Of a DNA stretch of 64,000 nucleotides, positions 9,948 through 20,132 are shown in pieces. The stretch covers positions 121,521 to 185,520 of the forward strand of contig CAWDXF010000004.1 in the NCBI GenBank assembly GCA_963806205.1, written 5' to 3'. How positions within the stretch are numbered: position 1 is the first letter of the stretch; the number at the start of each line of letters is the position of its first letter. The notes beneath the pieces are model-generated. The model made no database searches. It saw nothing but the letters and a program-made list of their open reading frames with translations, and was not told where the DNA came from. The position numbers were made by a program, and so were the translations under genes. Origin of the DNA: an uncultured Microthrixaceae bacterium. Lineage in GTDB: Bacteria > Actinomycetota > Acidimicrobiia > Acidimicrobiales > VFJN01.

Positions 9948-12900
9948 CTAGCGGACGATCCCGGAAGCGCCCGAGGACGGCCTCGAGGGTCGCCCGCGCC
10001 CCGCCACGTTCCCCGCGGCCCGCTGGCTCGCGGCGATCGCCCGTTGGGCCAGGACCCAGGTGCGGGCGCTCTCCCAGGAGCCGCTCGACGCGTCGGCGGC
10101 GAGGCGCTCGGCCCGTTGGGTGGCGCCCGCCTCGGCTGCGAGGATGGCCGACCAGGCCACCGCCCGGCGCCAGATGCTGGTGCGGACGTCGCCCTCGGCC
10201 AGCGCGATGGCCTCGTCGAGGAGGAGGGCGGCATCGGGGTCGTCGCGCGCGTCGCGCGCTCGCTTGGCCAGCACCACGAGCGCCCGGATCTCGCTGTCGT
10301 GGTCGCCGGCGCCGCTGCGGACCAGCCCCAGCGTGGCCTGTGCCTCGCGCGCGGCGCCGGCGGGGTCGCCTGCATCCAGGAGCGTCGCGGCCAGCTCGGC
10401 CCGCAGGCGCGCTTCGGTGCCGACGGACGCGACCTGGTGCGCGGCCTCGAGGCCGCGCTCGAGGGCCGCCTGCGCGGCGTCGAGGTCCCCGGCGACCCGT
10501 TCGACCATGCCGAGGACGAGGCGGGCCGACGCGTCCCCCCACGGGTCGTCCAGCTCGGTGAACGTGCGCAGGGCGAGGGCGACGTCCTCGCGCGACGTGG
10601 CGAGGTCACCCGCCTCGAGGCGGCAGACCGCGAGCAGCACCAGCGACATCCCCTCGCCCCACGGGTCGCCGAGGCGGCGGCTCGCGGTCAGGAGGTTGTC
10701 GGCCACGTGCTCGGCCTGCTCGACCCGGCCCTCCTGCCAGAGGCTGTTGCCGAGGAGGGCGAAGCACCAGGCCAGCCCCAGCCGGTCCTCGTCGGCGGAC
10801 AGCTCCCTGGCCGCCTCCCAGATGTGGGCTCGGGCGGCCGCGTGCTCGCCCAGGAGGAACTCGCACCACGCCAGGCACTGCAGGGTGATGCCGCGCGGAC
10901 GGCCCGTGACCTCGTCGAGCTCCTGCGCGCGGAGCAGCTTGGGCAGTGCGGACCGCGGCCTGCCGGCCACCAGCTCGGCCCAGCCGTGGGTGCGCACCGA
11001 GCCCGACTCACCGGCGAGATCGCCGGCTGCCTGCCACGCGCCGCGGCCTGCGTCGAAGCAGTCCTGGGCGCGCTCGGTGTCCCCGAGCAGGCGGGCCACC
11101 ACCCCGAGCCCGGTGTACGCCTCACCGAGGGACGCGGTGCCCCACCTCGTCTTCGCCCACCACGGCGGTGAGGACGTCGCCGGCCTCGCTGAGCCGGCGG
11201 AGCGCGATCAGGGTCGCGCCGTGCTCGAGCGCGACGGCGATCTCCTCGTCGTCGGCGACCAGGCGGAGGTCGCGGGCCCGCTGGTACCAGCGCTCCGCTT
11301 CGCGGAGCTCGTCCCGGGCGCGGGCGGCGCGGGCCGCGTGCACCAGCGAGGAGTTGCGCGCGCGCCGGGAGCGGCTCGATGGGCTGACCGAGGTCGTGCC
11401 AGAGCCCGACGGCGCGCTCTGTGTGGTGGGCCACCTCGGTGACCACCCCGTCCTCCTCCTGCGCCGACCCCTGGTCGAGGAGCCACCGCACCACGAGGGC
11501 GTGGTTGGCGGCGCGGTCGGCCAGCGGCACGGAGGCGTACGCGGCGTCGCGCACCATGAGGTGGCGGAAGTCCCAGCTGTCCTCCCCGGTCCGGACGAGG
11601 AGGCCGCGCTCCTCCAGGTCCTCGAGGACGTCAGGCCCGACCGGCACACCCATCGCGTCGAGCGCGGCGGGCGTGCAGCTCCGGCCCACGATCGCCGCGC
11701 CCTGCAGCACCGCCCGGAGCGCGGCCGGGAGACGGTCCAGGCGGGCGCCGAGCAGGGCCCGCGCCCCATCGGGGAGGCCGGCCTCGTCGAGGTCGCGCGT
11801 GGCCCGCCAACCTCCTTCCACGAGCTCGAGCGCGTCGGTCTCCCGTAGGAAGCGCACGAGCTGGTCCAGCAGCAGCGGGTTCCCGCCCGCCGCCCGCAGG
11901 ATCTGCGCCTCGGCCGCCGGGGCGAGCGTCCCGGTGTGGTGGTCGACCACCGCGAGCGTGCGGTGGAGCAGCTCGGTGCTGGCGCGGTCGTCCAACGGTC
12001 CGAGGCGCAGGGTCAGGTGGCGAGGGTCCTGCGGCGGTGCGGCCAGCGAAGGGCGCGCGGCCGAACAGCTCGTCGCGACCCACGACGACCACGAGCACGG
12101 CTGCGTGCGCCCCGTCCGCGCCCACCCGCTCGAGGGCGTCCAGCACGAGCGGGTCGGCGAAGTGGGCGTCGTCGAGCACGACGGTCAGGGTCTCGGTGGC
12201 GGCGACCGCCTCGATCACCCGGCGCGCGGCGGTCATGAGCTCACCGGACAGCCGGGTCCGGGCCGGGCTCGTGTCCAAGGTGGTCGTGCCGGGCAGTGCG
12301 CCGAGCCCGAGCAGCTGGAGCGTCCGGTGGACGAGGTAGCGGCGGTCCGTGTCGCTCGCCGGGGCGAGGTCCTCGAGGGCGGCGACGACGCCGGCTCGTT
12401 GGTGGGACGGGGTGCCCTCGTCAGGCACCCCCAGGAGCACGCGGACCAGGTCACCCAGTGGCGCCAACGGGCCGGTCGCGCCGTAGGGCGCGCAGGCCGT
12501 CGTCACCACGCGTCCGGGGATGCCGAGGCGGCGGAGGGTCGGCGCCAGCTCGTCCACCAGGCGCGACTTGCCCACGCCCGCCTCCCCCACGACGGCCGCG
12601 TGCCAGACGCTGCTGGTCGACGCGGTGTCGGCGATCGCAGCCATGAGCTGCGCCAGCTCGGGATCGCGGCCGACCATCGGCGTGCGCTCGCCGGGTGCCA
12701 CCCGCTCGCCCGGCCGGTGGCGCACGCGCACGGCCGGGTAGGCCACCACCGGCTCACGCCGGCCCCGCAGCGAGTAGGAGGTCGGCTGGCCGTACGCGAT
12801 CGCGTCGGAGGTCGATGCCCACGTCCGCTCCCCCACCAGGATCGCGCCGCGCGCGGCCACCCCGACGAGGCGGTGCGCGGTGTTCACCGTGTCGCCCGTG

Positions 12901-13346
12901 ACGGTGTACGCGCCGCCGGGTCCCACCGGCCCGGCCAGCACCTCGCCGGTGTTGATCCCGACGCGCATCTCGAGGGACGGGTCCAGGCGCTCCAGCGCTT
13001 CGATGAGCGCGAGCGCGGCCCGCACGGCGCGCTCGGCGTCGTCCTCGTGCGCTCGTGGCGCGCCCCACACGGCCATGAGCTCGTCGCCGATGATCTTGTC
13101 GACCGTGCCGCCGTGCACCTCGATGACGGGCACCAGCGCGCCGAAGCAGTCGTCGAGGAGCTCCTTCACCGCCTCGGGGTCGCGGCCCTCCGCCATGGTC
13201 GTGAAGCCGGCCAGGTCGGCGAACGCCACGGTGACGACGCGGCGCTCCCCGGCGGCGGCGACCCCGAGGGGGGCACCGCATCCGGGGCAGAAGCGGGCCG
13301 TGGACGGCGGTGCCTCGCCGCAGGTCGGGCAGACGGTGACGGCCAA
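9948..13346 (-). pseudogene. multidomain signalling protein: N-terminal zinc ribbon + class III adenylate/guanylate cyclase + AAA/STAND ATPase + TPR-like repeats; at least 3 frame switches
   Basis: ORF 11631-13346 carries CPTCG..FCPGCG, the cyclase core VTVAFADLAGFTTMAE..KIIGDELMAVWGAP..RVGINTGEV, and the P-loop VVGEAGVGKSRLV. ORF 10688-11995 and ORF 11122-11769 carry the middle (..LLLDQLVRFL..DFRHLMVRDAAY..). ORF 9948-11102 carries the helical-repeat C-terminus. No LuxR-type HTH was seen at the C-terminus. Confidence 0.8.
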
Positions 13347-13366
13347 GGGCCGGAGGGTGCCCGCGG

Positions 13367-13852
13367 CTAGACGCAGTCGGCGCAGAGCTTGCGCTTGGCG
13401 TCGGCCAGCTGGCTCGGGTGCTTGACGAGGAAGCAGGACTGGCAGACGAACTCGCCGGGGCGCTTGGGCTGGATGCGGCCCGTGCCGTCGCCCCGCTCCT
13501 CCGGCTCCGGCGCCTCTTCCTCCTCGTCCTCTTCCTCCTCCTCGGCCGCGGCGATGCGGTCCTTGAGGATGGCGTCGAGATCGGCCTCGACGTCGTCGGG
13601 GTCGGCTTCCTCTTCGTCCTCGTCCTCGTCGGCCTCGTCGTCCCGCTTGGCCTTGACCGGGGTGGCCGGCGCGTCGTCCTCTTCCTCCTCGTCCTCGAGG
13701 GGGATGACGTCGTCCTCCTCGTCGACGTCATCCTCGACCAGGAGGTCTTCCTCGTCGAGATCGGGGTCGAGCTCGTCGGCCGGCTCGTCCTCGAGATCCT
13801 CGAGGTCGCCGAGATCGGCGTCGTCCTCGGGAACCTCTTCGTCGTCAGCCAT
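13367..13852 (-). CDS. DUF4193-family protein (highly acidic N-terminal region, C-terminal CxxC..CxxC)
   Basis: Met-56 of ORF 13367-14017: MADDEEVPEDDADLGDLEDLEDE.. ending RIQPKRPGEFVCQSCFLVKHPSQLADAKRKLCADCV. GAGGAA lies upstream. The family name is from memory. Confidence 0.7.
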   Translation of the reverse strand: MADDEEVPEDDADLGDLEDLEDEPADELDPDLDEEDLLVEDDVDEEDDVIPLEDEEEEDDAPATPVKAKRDDEADEDEDEEEADPDDVEADLDAILKDRIAAAEEEEEDEEEEAPEPEERGDGTGRIQPKRPGEFVCQSCFLVKHPSQLADAKRKLCADCV

Positions 13853-13949
13853 GCGTTCCTCGTGGGGGGTCGGGACCGTGCGGGTGCGGGGATAGTAGGC
13901 CCACGGCTCGCGCCGGGGGCAACGCGGCATCCTGCGGTCCGAGGGGCGC

Positions 13950-14561
13950 TCAGGGTACAGGGATCGCGGCAGTTGTGGTGCTGCTCGGATCGGTGCCCGA
14001 CGGGGTGTCGACAGCACCCTCCGTGGCGAAGTTGAGGTCCGTGACCTGGTCGACCTTCCAGGTCCCGTCGACCTCCACGAACGTCAGGAGGATGTAGATG
14101 TCGAAGAGGGTCCGCTCCCCGCCGGCGCCGTTGCGCGTGACATCGGCCACGACGATGGCCTCGGCCCGCTCCTCGTCGATCGCCGACACGTAGACGTCCT
14201 TCACGAACCCCTGGGAGCGGGCCTGGACCTCGATGATCAGCTCCCCCAGGCCCTGGTCGAAGGCCTCCTGGTACTCGCCCCGGAACGATCCGGTGGCGAG
14301 GGCGAGCACCGCGTCGCGGTGCGCCTCGGGGTCCTCGTAGTCGTAGGTCAGGAGCGCCTCGCCCGCCTGCCCGGCCGCCCGTCGCAGGTCCGCGAGCCGG
14401 TCGTCCTCGCCGCCGTCCCCGCGCACGGCCACGACCCCGAGGACCGCGGCCGCGAGGCCGAACAGGACGGCCAGGCTGACGGCCAGCACGAGCGCGGGCG
14501 GTCGTGAGGTGGCGGGGGGCGGGGCCTCGGGCGCGGCCGGCCGCTCGACTTCGTCGCTCAT
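13950..14561 (-). CDS. Mce-associated membrane protein (Mas-like)
   Basis: 203 aa with a single N-terminal TM (ALVLAVSLAVLFGLAAAVLGVVAV) and an SnoaL-like C-terminal part (..IYILLTFVEVDGTWKVDQV). It has an ATGA overlap with the last mce gene. Confidence 0.65.
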   Translation of the reverse strand: MSDEVERPAAPEAPPPATSRPPALVLAVSLAVLFGLAAAVLGVVAVRGDGGEDDRLADLRRAAGQAGEALLTYDYEDPEAHRDAVLALATGSFRGEYQEAFDQGLGELIIEVQARSQGFVKDVYVSAIDEERAEAIVVADVTRNGAGGERTLFDIYILLTFVEVDGTWKVDQVTDLNFATEGAVDTPSGTDPSSTTTAAIPVP

Positions 14562-15844
14562 GGTCGATCGCCGGCCCGGGGGCGGGCGGTGTGGAGGGCC
14601 AGGGCGGCCATCGCGGCGAGCACGAGCGCCAGCGCCGCCGCGGGATGTCCGTCGGTGTCGGGCACGTCACGGGCCCCCGCCAGCACCTCGGCGGCGCTGG
14701 CCGGTCGGTCCTGGCGGGCGGACACGGTCCCCGGCAGCCGCGTCGCCGGCGCGCCCTCACCCGCCGGCGGTCCCGAGGGCGCGGCGCTCGCCACGGTGGC
14801 GGCACGGAGCGTGGACGAGCACGGTGAGATCGTCGGTACCACGGGCAGCGTGGCCCGCGGGCTGTAGATCTTCGGGTCGGTGCCACCGACGGGCAGGGTG
14901 AGGTTGACGCGGATCCACGGACCGTCGGGCTCCCGATCGATCGCGCTGAACACGTAGCCGAAGCCGGTCGGTCCGTCGCGCAGGAGGGCGCTGAGGTCGT
15001 CGACGTGGGTGGCCGTCATCGAGAGCACGGGCGCGAGGTCGTGCAGGAGGCAGTCGAGATTTTGCTTCTGCTCCGCCACGAGGTCGGCCGTGACGGTCAG
15101 GAACCCGGGCCCCTCGGCGAGCAGGGTCTGCAGGTCCCCCCGCGCGTTGCGCAGCGCCTCCCCCACCGCCCGCAGGTTGCTGATCGATCTGCCGATGCTC
15201 AGCCGGTGGTCGGCCAGCACCCGCGTGATCCGGGTGTTGTTCTCCGCGAGGCGATCGAGCGCATCGGTCCGGCTCGCGAAGGTGGCGGTGAGCGCGTCGA
15301 ACGACGTCGTGAGGTCCCGCAGGTCCTGGCCGCGCCCGTCGAGCCCGAGGGCGAGCTCGTGCACGAGGCTGCCCGCCGCCTGCGGGTCGATGCTCGACAC
15401 GACCGCACTCGCGGACCGGAGCAGCTCGGAGAACTCGAGCGGGACGGTGGTCCGCTCCTGGGGGATGTTCTCTCCCTTGCGGATGTTCCCGGCGTCCTCG
15501 TCGAACGGCTCCGGGGGCGCGAAGTCGACGTAGGGCTCGCCGATGGCGGACTTGCGGAAGATGCGGGCGATCGACCCGGCCGGGATGTCCTTGTTCCGGT
15601 CGATCTTCATGCTGATGTGGACGCCCCCGGTGCGGCGCTCCACCTTCGAGACCCGCCCGTAGTGCACGCCCAGGTAGGTCACCTCGGCATCGGGTCCCAC
15701 CCCCGCGGCCTGGGCGAAGTCGCCGGTGATCGTGTACGGGCGCTCCACGGCGTCGATGGTGACGATGTTGTTGACGGCCCACAGCAGCATCACCCCGAAG
15801 ACGAGGTTGAAGAACACGAGGTTGATGAAGACGCGGCGGTTCAC
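14558..15844 (-). CDS. MCE-family protein, sixth of six (MlaD domain)
   Basis: Intact 428 aa with an N-terminal TM and the MlaD core YTITGDFAQAAGVGPDAEVTYLGVHYGRVSKVE..GGVHISMKI. 4-nt overlaps at both ends. Confidence 0.85.
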   Translation of the reverse strand: MNRRVFINLVFFNLVFGVMLLWAVNNIVTIDAVERPYTITGDFAQAAGVGPDAEVTYLGVHYGRVSKVERRTGGVHISMKIDRNKDIPAGSIARIFRKSAIGEPYVDFAPPEPFDEDAGNIRKGENIPQERTTVPLEFSELLRSASAVVSSIDPQAAGSLVHELALGLDGRGQDLRDLTTSFDALTATFASRTDALDRLAENNTRITRVLADHRLSIGRSISNLRAVGEALRNARGDLQTLLAEGPGFLTVTADLVAEQKQNLDCLLHDLAPVLSMTATHVDDLSALLRDGPTGFGYVFSAIDREPDGPWIRVNLTLPVGGTDPKIYSPRATLPVVPTISPCSSTLRAATVASAAPSGPPAGEGAPATRLPGTVSARQDRPASAAEVLAGARDVPDTDGHPAAALALVLAAMAALALHTARPRAGDRP

Positions 15845-16791
15845 TGCCCGTCCTCCAGCGCCGCGATCTCGAACCAGGCGTAGATCAGGGCGAAGTCGCC
15901 AGGGACGCCCTTCGGCAGATGGGGGGCGAACCGGGCGAGCCAGTCGACCAGCACGCCGACCTCGGCGCGGCGTTCGGCCACGAGGGCCAGGATCGCGTCG
16001 AGCTGCTGCACCTGCCGCTCGACGTCGGCCCGGTAGGGCTCGAACACGAGGTCGTTCTCGGCGGCGGCCAGGCGGGTGAGGTCACGCAGCGTCTGCAGCG
16101 TCAGGTCGCGGTTGGTGGCCAGGACGTCCGTCGTGCGGGACAGGTTCACGAGCAGCTCGTCGACGCGGTCGTCGCCCGCGGCGAGCGTGGCCGTGGCCTG
16201 GTCGAGACCGTCGACGATGGCCACGATGTCCTCGGTCCCGTCGGCCAGCGAGCCGCTGACGACCGCGAGGCTGTCGATGAGCCGGCCGAGCTCGACTGCT
16301 CTCCCCCCGAAGCCGATGCCGCCGGTCTCCACGAGCGCCCCGAGGTCGTTGGCGGCGACGCCGGCGAGGACCTGCACGGCCTCTTCCGCCACGAACTCGA
16401 GCTCCGGGGCCTGGCGCGTGTGGGCGACCACGTCGCCGTCGACCAGCTCGTCGCCCTTGCCCGCGTCGTCCTTCGGGGCCCGGAGCTCGACGAACTTCTC
16501 CCCCAGGAGGGAGGTGGTGCGCAGGATCGCCTCGCTCGCCTTCGGCAGGTGGAGGTCGTCCTTGATCTTCATGGTCACGCGCGCCTGGTAGTCGTCGGTC
16601 AGCTCGATCCTGGTGATCGAGCCCACCCGGACGTCCGCGACCTGGACCGAGTGCCCCGACACCAGGTCGCCCACGTCCGCGAACACGGCGGTGAGCTGGA
16701 CGGGGCCCTCGACCTGGCCCGGGAGGCTGCAGCCGGCAGCCACCGCGGCCAGCGCCAGCCCGGTGGCGACGACCCTGGTCAGGCGCCTCAC
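15841..16791 (-). CDS. MCE-family lipoprotein, fifth of six
   Basis: Lower part of ORF 15841-17865, starting at GTG 16791. It has a signal peptide plus lipobox (VRRLTRVVATGLALAAVAAGCSLPG) and the MlaD core LTAVFADVGDLVSGHSVQVADVRVGSITRIEL. Confidence 0.8.
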   Translation of the reverse strand: MRRLTRVVATGLALAAVAAGCSLPGQVEGPVQLTAVFADVGDLVSGHSVQVADVRVGSITRIELTDDYQARVTMKIKDDLHLPKASEAILRTTSLLGEKFVELRAPKDDAGKGDELVDGDVVAHTRQAPELEFVAEEAVQVLAGVAANDLGALVETGGIGFGGRAVELGRLIDSLAVVSGSLADGTEDIVAIVDGLDQATATLAAGDDRVDELLVNLSRTTDVLATNRDLTLQTLRDLTRLAAAENDLVFEPYRADVERQVQQLDAILALVAERRAEVGVLVDWLARFAPHLPKGVPGDFALIYAWFEIAALEDGQ

Positions 16792-17998
16792 GACCCGACC
16801 CCCAGGAGCGTGCCGACCCCGTCGCGCAGCCAGCCGCCGGCCCGTTCGAGGAGGCCCGCCCCGCCCCGGCGCGACGGCGGGTCGGTGGGTGCGTCGAGGA
16901 GCTCGAGGAGCGAGCCGATCGGCGTGGCCACCGTGATCCGGGCCGGCACGGCCTCGCCGGCCGCGTCCGGGGCCACACCGCAGGTCGCCAGCACCGGGAG
17001 GCACAGCGACGGGACGCCCAGCTGGCCCAGCAGGAGCTCGATCAGCTCCGGGATGAGCGGCGAGAAGTTGTTCCGGAGGTTCACGGAGCGCGAGCCGGCG
17101 TTGAACGCGCCGACGCAGGCCGGTGCCCAGCAAGCCGCCCGCATCGAGCAGCTGGCTGACCGAGGAGAGGTTGGCGTCGATCACCGCGGCGGCGTCCGTG
17201 AGGGTCTGGATGTCGGTGCGCAGCTCCTGGTCGTGCTCGCCGACGAGTGCGAGGCCCTCCCGGGAGAGGTCGGCGAGCCCGGCGACCAGACCCTCGATCG
17301 ACCCGCGCTCGTCGGCCAGGACCTGGCTCGCCTCGGCGAACGCATCGAGCACCTGGCCGAGCTGCTGCTCCCGCGTGGCCAGCGTGGTGGTGAGGCGGTC
17401 GAAGCTGTCGACGATCCGTCCGACCGCCTCGTCCTTCTCGGCGAAGGTCGTCACGACGTCCGAGAACGAGTCGAGCATGCGGTTGAGCGCGGACCCGTTG
17501 CCCCGCAGGTCCTCCTCGAGGTTCGTCACCAGCCGGCCGAGGCCCTTGGGGTCGAGGCTGTCGAGGAACTCCTTGAGCGCGGCGAGGGCCTCGTCGGGCT
17601 CCACGGGCACGATCACGTGGTCCTCGTCGATCACGAGGCCGTTCGGTGCCCGCTCCATGCCGTCCTCGAAGGCCGGCGCGAGCTGCACGTAGCGCTCGCC
17701 GATGAGGGACTGGGGGACGATCTTGGCCGTCACATCCTCCGGGACCGGGATGTCGTTCGGGATCTTCAGGTCCACCCGGACGCGGTTGCCCTCGACCTCG
17801 ACGGCGCTCACCGATCCCGCGGGGAGGCCGAGGATGCGGACGTCGGAGGACTTGAACACGGACACGGCGCGCGGGAAGTAGGCGGTGATCGTGTAGCTGC
17901 CGCCCCCGCTGAGCCCGGGTACCGCGCAGGCGGGGACCGCGAGGGCCAGCAGGCCCGCGACCAGGAGCGTCGCGACGGGGCGCCGGGCGCGGCGTCAT
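16788..17998 (-). pseudogene. MCE-family protein, fourth of six; 2 frame switches (about 17975 and 17115)
   Basis: ATG 17998 overlaps the mceC TGA (ATGA). After about 9 codons, however, the signal peptide (RRPVATLLVAGLLALAVPACAVPG..SYTITAYFPRAVSVFKSSDVRILGLPAGSV) continues in the ORF 15841-17865 frame, where no start codon exists. The C-terminus FNAGSRSVNLRNNFSPLIPELIELLLGQLG.. lies in ORF 16788-17144. Confidence 0.8.
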
Positions 17999-19041
17999 GG
18001 GCCGCCCTGCCCGGTGGCGTCCTCGAGGATCCCGATGATGTCGGGGCCGAGCGCGGCGATGTAGATGTCCTGCCACGGGCCGTGGGAGCCCGCGAGGGCC
18101 TGGCCGTAGAACGCGGGCCCGGCGACGGCGAGGGCGCGGTTCAGGTCCGGCAGGTTCCGGTCCACCGTCGCGAGGGTCGGGGCCAGGTCGTCGAGGATGG
18201 CGTCGAGCTGGGCCCGGTTGGCCTCGATGAGCCGGGAGAGCGCTCGCACGGCGTCGCTGCCGGCCCCGAGCGCGTCCGCCAGCTGCGACCGGCGCTCCAC
18301 CAGGAAGTCGAGCAGCACCTTGGAGCTGTCGATCAGGCGGATGAGGGTCCGATCCTTGGACGCCAACGTGGCCGAGAGCTCGTCCGCCTGGTCGAGCAGG
18401 TCGGCCAGCTTCCCCTCCCGCTCGGAGATGGCGACCGACACGTCGCCGATCCCGTTGATCAGGTCGGTCAGGGTGGCGCGCTTGCCCTCGGTGATGCCGG
18501 CGAGCTGCCCGATCAGCTTGTTCAGGCGGTCGTTGTCGGTGGCCTCGATCCGGTCGGTGGCCTCGCGCGTGATGTCGAACACGTCCTCGGGCGTGGTCGT
18601 GCGCTCCACGCAGAGCCCGTCGCTCCCGCACTCCTGGTACGGGATCACCCGCCGGGCCCGGGGCAGGTCGGCCATGAGCTCGTCGCCCTCGGCGGCGTCG
18701 CGGATGCGGATGTACTTCGAGCCGAGCAAGGTCTCCAGCGCGATGTCCGCCTTGGCGTCCTCGCGGATGTCCACCCCGTCGTTGATGACCCACTCCACCC
18801 GCACGAGGCCCTCGTCCCGGTCGGCGTGGATGCCCGTCACGCGACCCACCCGCACCCCGGCCAGCTTCACCTCGTCCCCGTTGCGGAGGCCCGAGGCCTG
18901 GGTGAACGTGCCCTCCATCGCGTAGGTCTTCTCGAGCAGGTGGAGGAGCCCGACCATGAAGGCCAGCCCGGTGAGCACGCCGATGATCAGGAGCGAGACG
19001 ATGCCGACGGCATAGGGGTTGCGGTCGCGGAAGGACTTCAC
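17995..19041 (-). CDS. MCE-family protein, third of six
   Basis: Intact 348 aa with an N-terminal TM and the motif EGTFTQASGLRNGDEVKLAGVRVGRVTGI. Confidence 0.85.
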   Translation of the reverse strand: MKSFRDRNPYAVGIVSLLIIGVLTGLAFMVGLLHLLEKTYAMEGTFTQASGLRNGDEVKLAGVRVGRVTGIHADRDEGLVRVEWVINDGVDIREDAKADIALETLLGSKYIRIRDAAEGDELMADLPRARRVIPYQECGSDGLCVERTTTPEDVFDITREATDRIEATDNDRLNKLIGQLAGITEGKRATLTDLINGIGDVSVAISEREGKLADLLDQADELSATLASKDRTLIRLIDSSKVLLDFLVERRSQLADALGAGSDAVRALSRLIEANRAQLDAILDDLAPTLATVDRNLPDLNRALAVAGPAFYGQALAGSHGPWQDIYIAALGPDIIGILEDATGQGGP

Positions 19042-20132
19042 GAGCTCGCCGCCTTGGTGAGCAGCGATGCGATCGCGGCCGCCCCGGTCGTCGACCCGCC
19101 CCCGAACGGCTGCGCCGACGCCGACAGACCGGTGATCGGATCGCCCGTCGGGCAGCCCGCCTCGCTGGAGGGCGGCGGACCGATGAAGGCGCAGATGATC
19201 TTCTGGTTGAGGAACTCCCCGCGGTTGCCGGCCCGGAAGATCGCCTGGCTGGCCTCGGCGAAGGTCGACAGGAAGACGTCGAGCTCGGGGAGCTTGCTCG
19301 CTGCCGTCTCGGTGACGAGCGCCAGGTTGGCGAGGAGGCGATCGAGCTCGTCGGCGTTGTTGGACAGGATGCCGTTGAGGTCCGTGCCGAACTGCCCCAG
19401 CTCGGTCAGCGCGGCGTCGAGGGTGGCGGTGTTGTCGCCGAAGGCCTCGGAGATGGCGACGAGGTTGTCCAGCATCGCCTCGATCTGGGCGTCGCGGCGG
19501 TTCAGCGTGGCCGCGACCGTGTCGAGGTTCTGCACCAGCCGGCCGATCGCCTCGTCCCGGGTGCCGAGGCCGCGGGCCAGCGTGGCGAGGTCGTCCAGGG
19601 TCGACCCGATCTCGTCCTCCCGGCCGTCGAACGCCTGGGTCAGCGTCTCGAGGAGCTTGTTCACCTGCGCGGGGTCGATCGCGGTGACGATCGGCCCGAG
19701 GCGCTCGAAGAGCTCACCCAGGTCGATCACCGAGACCGTCCTGGTGATCTCGTCGCCGTTCTGGAGCGCCTCGCCGCCGGGTTGACCCGGGTAGAGGTAG
19801 ACGTAGCGCTGGCCGATCAGGTTGCGCCACCGGATGCCGGCGGTGGTGCCCTCCTTCGGAATGCCGTCGTGGTCGTTGTCGATGCGCATCTTGACGACGG
19901 CCCGACCGGCCTCGGTCTTGACCGACGCGACCTTGCCGATCACGACGCCGGCCACCTTCACGTTGTCGTTGACGAGCAGCCCGGTCACGTCGTCGAAGGT
20001 CGCGGTGAGGGTGTACGCGTTGCGATCCAGCGGGTCGCGCACGTCCAGGTTGCCGATCGTGAACGCGAGGTAGCCCGTGAAGAACAGGCACACCAGGACG
20101 AAGGTGCCGAACTTGAGGGCGACCCGGATCAT
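19038..20132 (-). CDS. MCE-family protein, second of six
   Basis: Met-45 of ORF 19038-20264, with ATGA overlap to mceA. Sequence: MIRVALKFGTFVLVCLFFTGYLAF..YTLTATFDDVTGLLVNDNVKVAGVVIGKVASV. Confidence 0.85.
   Translation of the reverse strand: MIRVALKFGTFVLVCLFFTGYLAFTIGNLDVRDPLDRNAYTLTATFDDVTGLLVNDNVKVAGVVIGKVASVKTEAGRAVVKMRIDNDHDGIPKEGTTAGIRWRNLIGQRYVYLYPGQPGGEALQNGDEITRTVSVIDLGELFERLGPIVTAIDPAQVNKLLETLTQAFDGREDEIGSTLDDLATLARGLGTRDEAIGRLVQNLDTVAATLNRRDAQIEAMLDNLVAISEAFGDNTATLDAALTELGQFGTDLNGILSNNADELDRLLANLALVTETAASKLPELDVFLSTFAEASQAIFRAGNRGEFLNQKIICAFIGPPPSSEAGCPTGDPITGLSASAQPFGGGSTTGAAAIASLLTKAASS

Noticed and set aside
13480-13830. Repetitive GAG/GAC/GAA-rich DNA that might be a tandem repeat or array.
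   Set aside because: It is the acidic low-complexity coding region of the DUF4193 protein (runs of D/E). It has no fixed unit length or spacer structure.
15841-17865. A single 674-aa Mce protein.
   Set aside because: The ORF concatenates most of mceD (N-terminal two thirds), about 100 codons of out-of-frame sequence, and the complete mceE. mceE has its own GTG at 16791 with a signal peptide and lipobox. The true mceD C-terminus lies in ORF 16788-17144.
15919-19785. Very long plus-strand ORFs antisense to real genes: 15919-19785 (1288 aa), 23848-26934 (1028 aa), 54878-57634 (918 aa), 58867-60417 and many others in the track.
   Set aside because: They are Arg/Gly/Pro/Ala/His-rich with no recognisable motifs. 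They lie opposite or out of frame to genes with clear family signatures. Such shadow ORFs are typical of stop-poor high-GC DNA.
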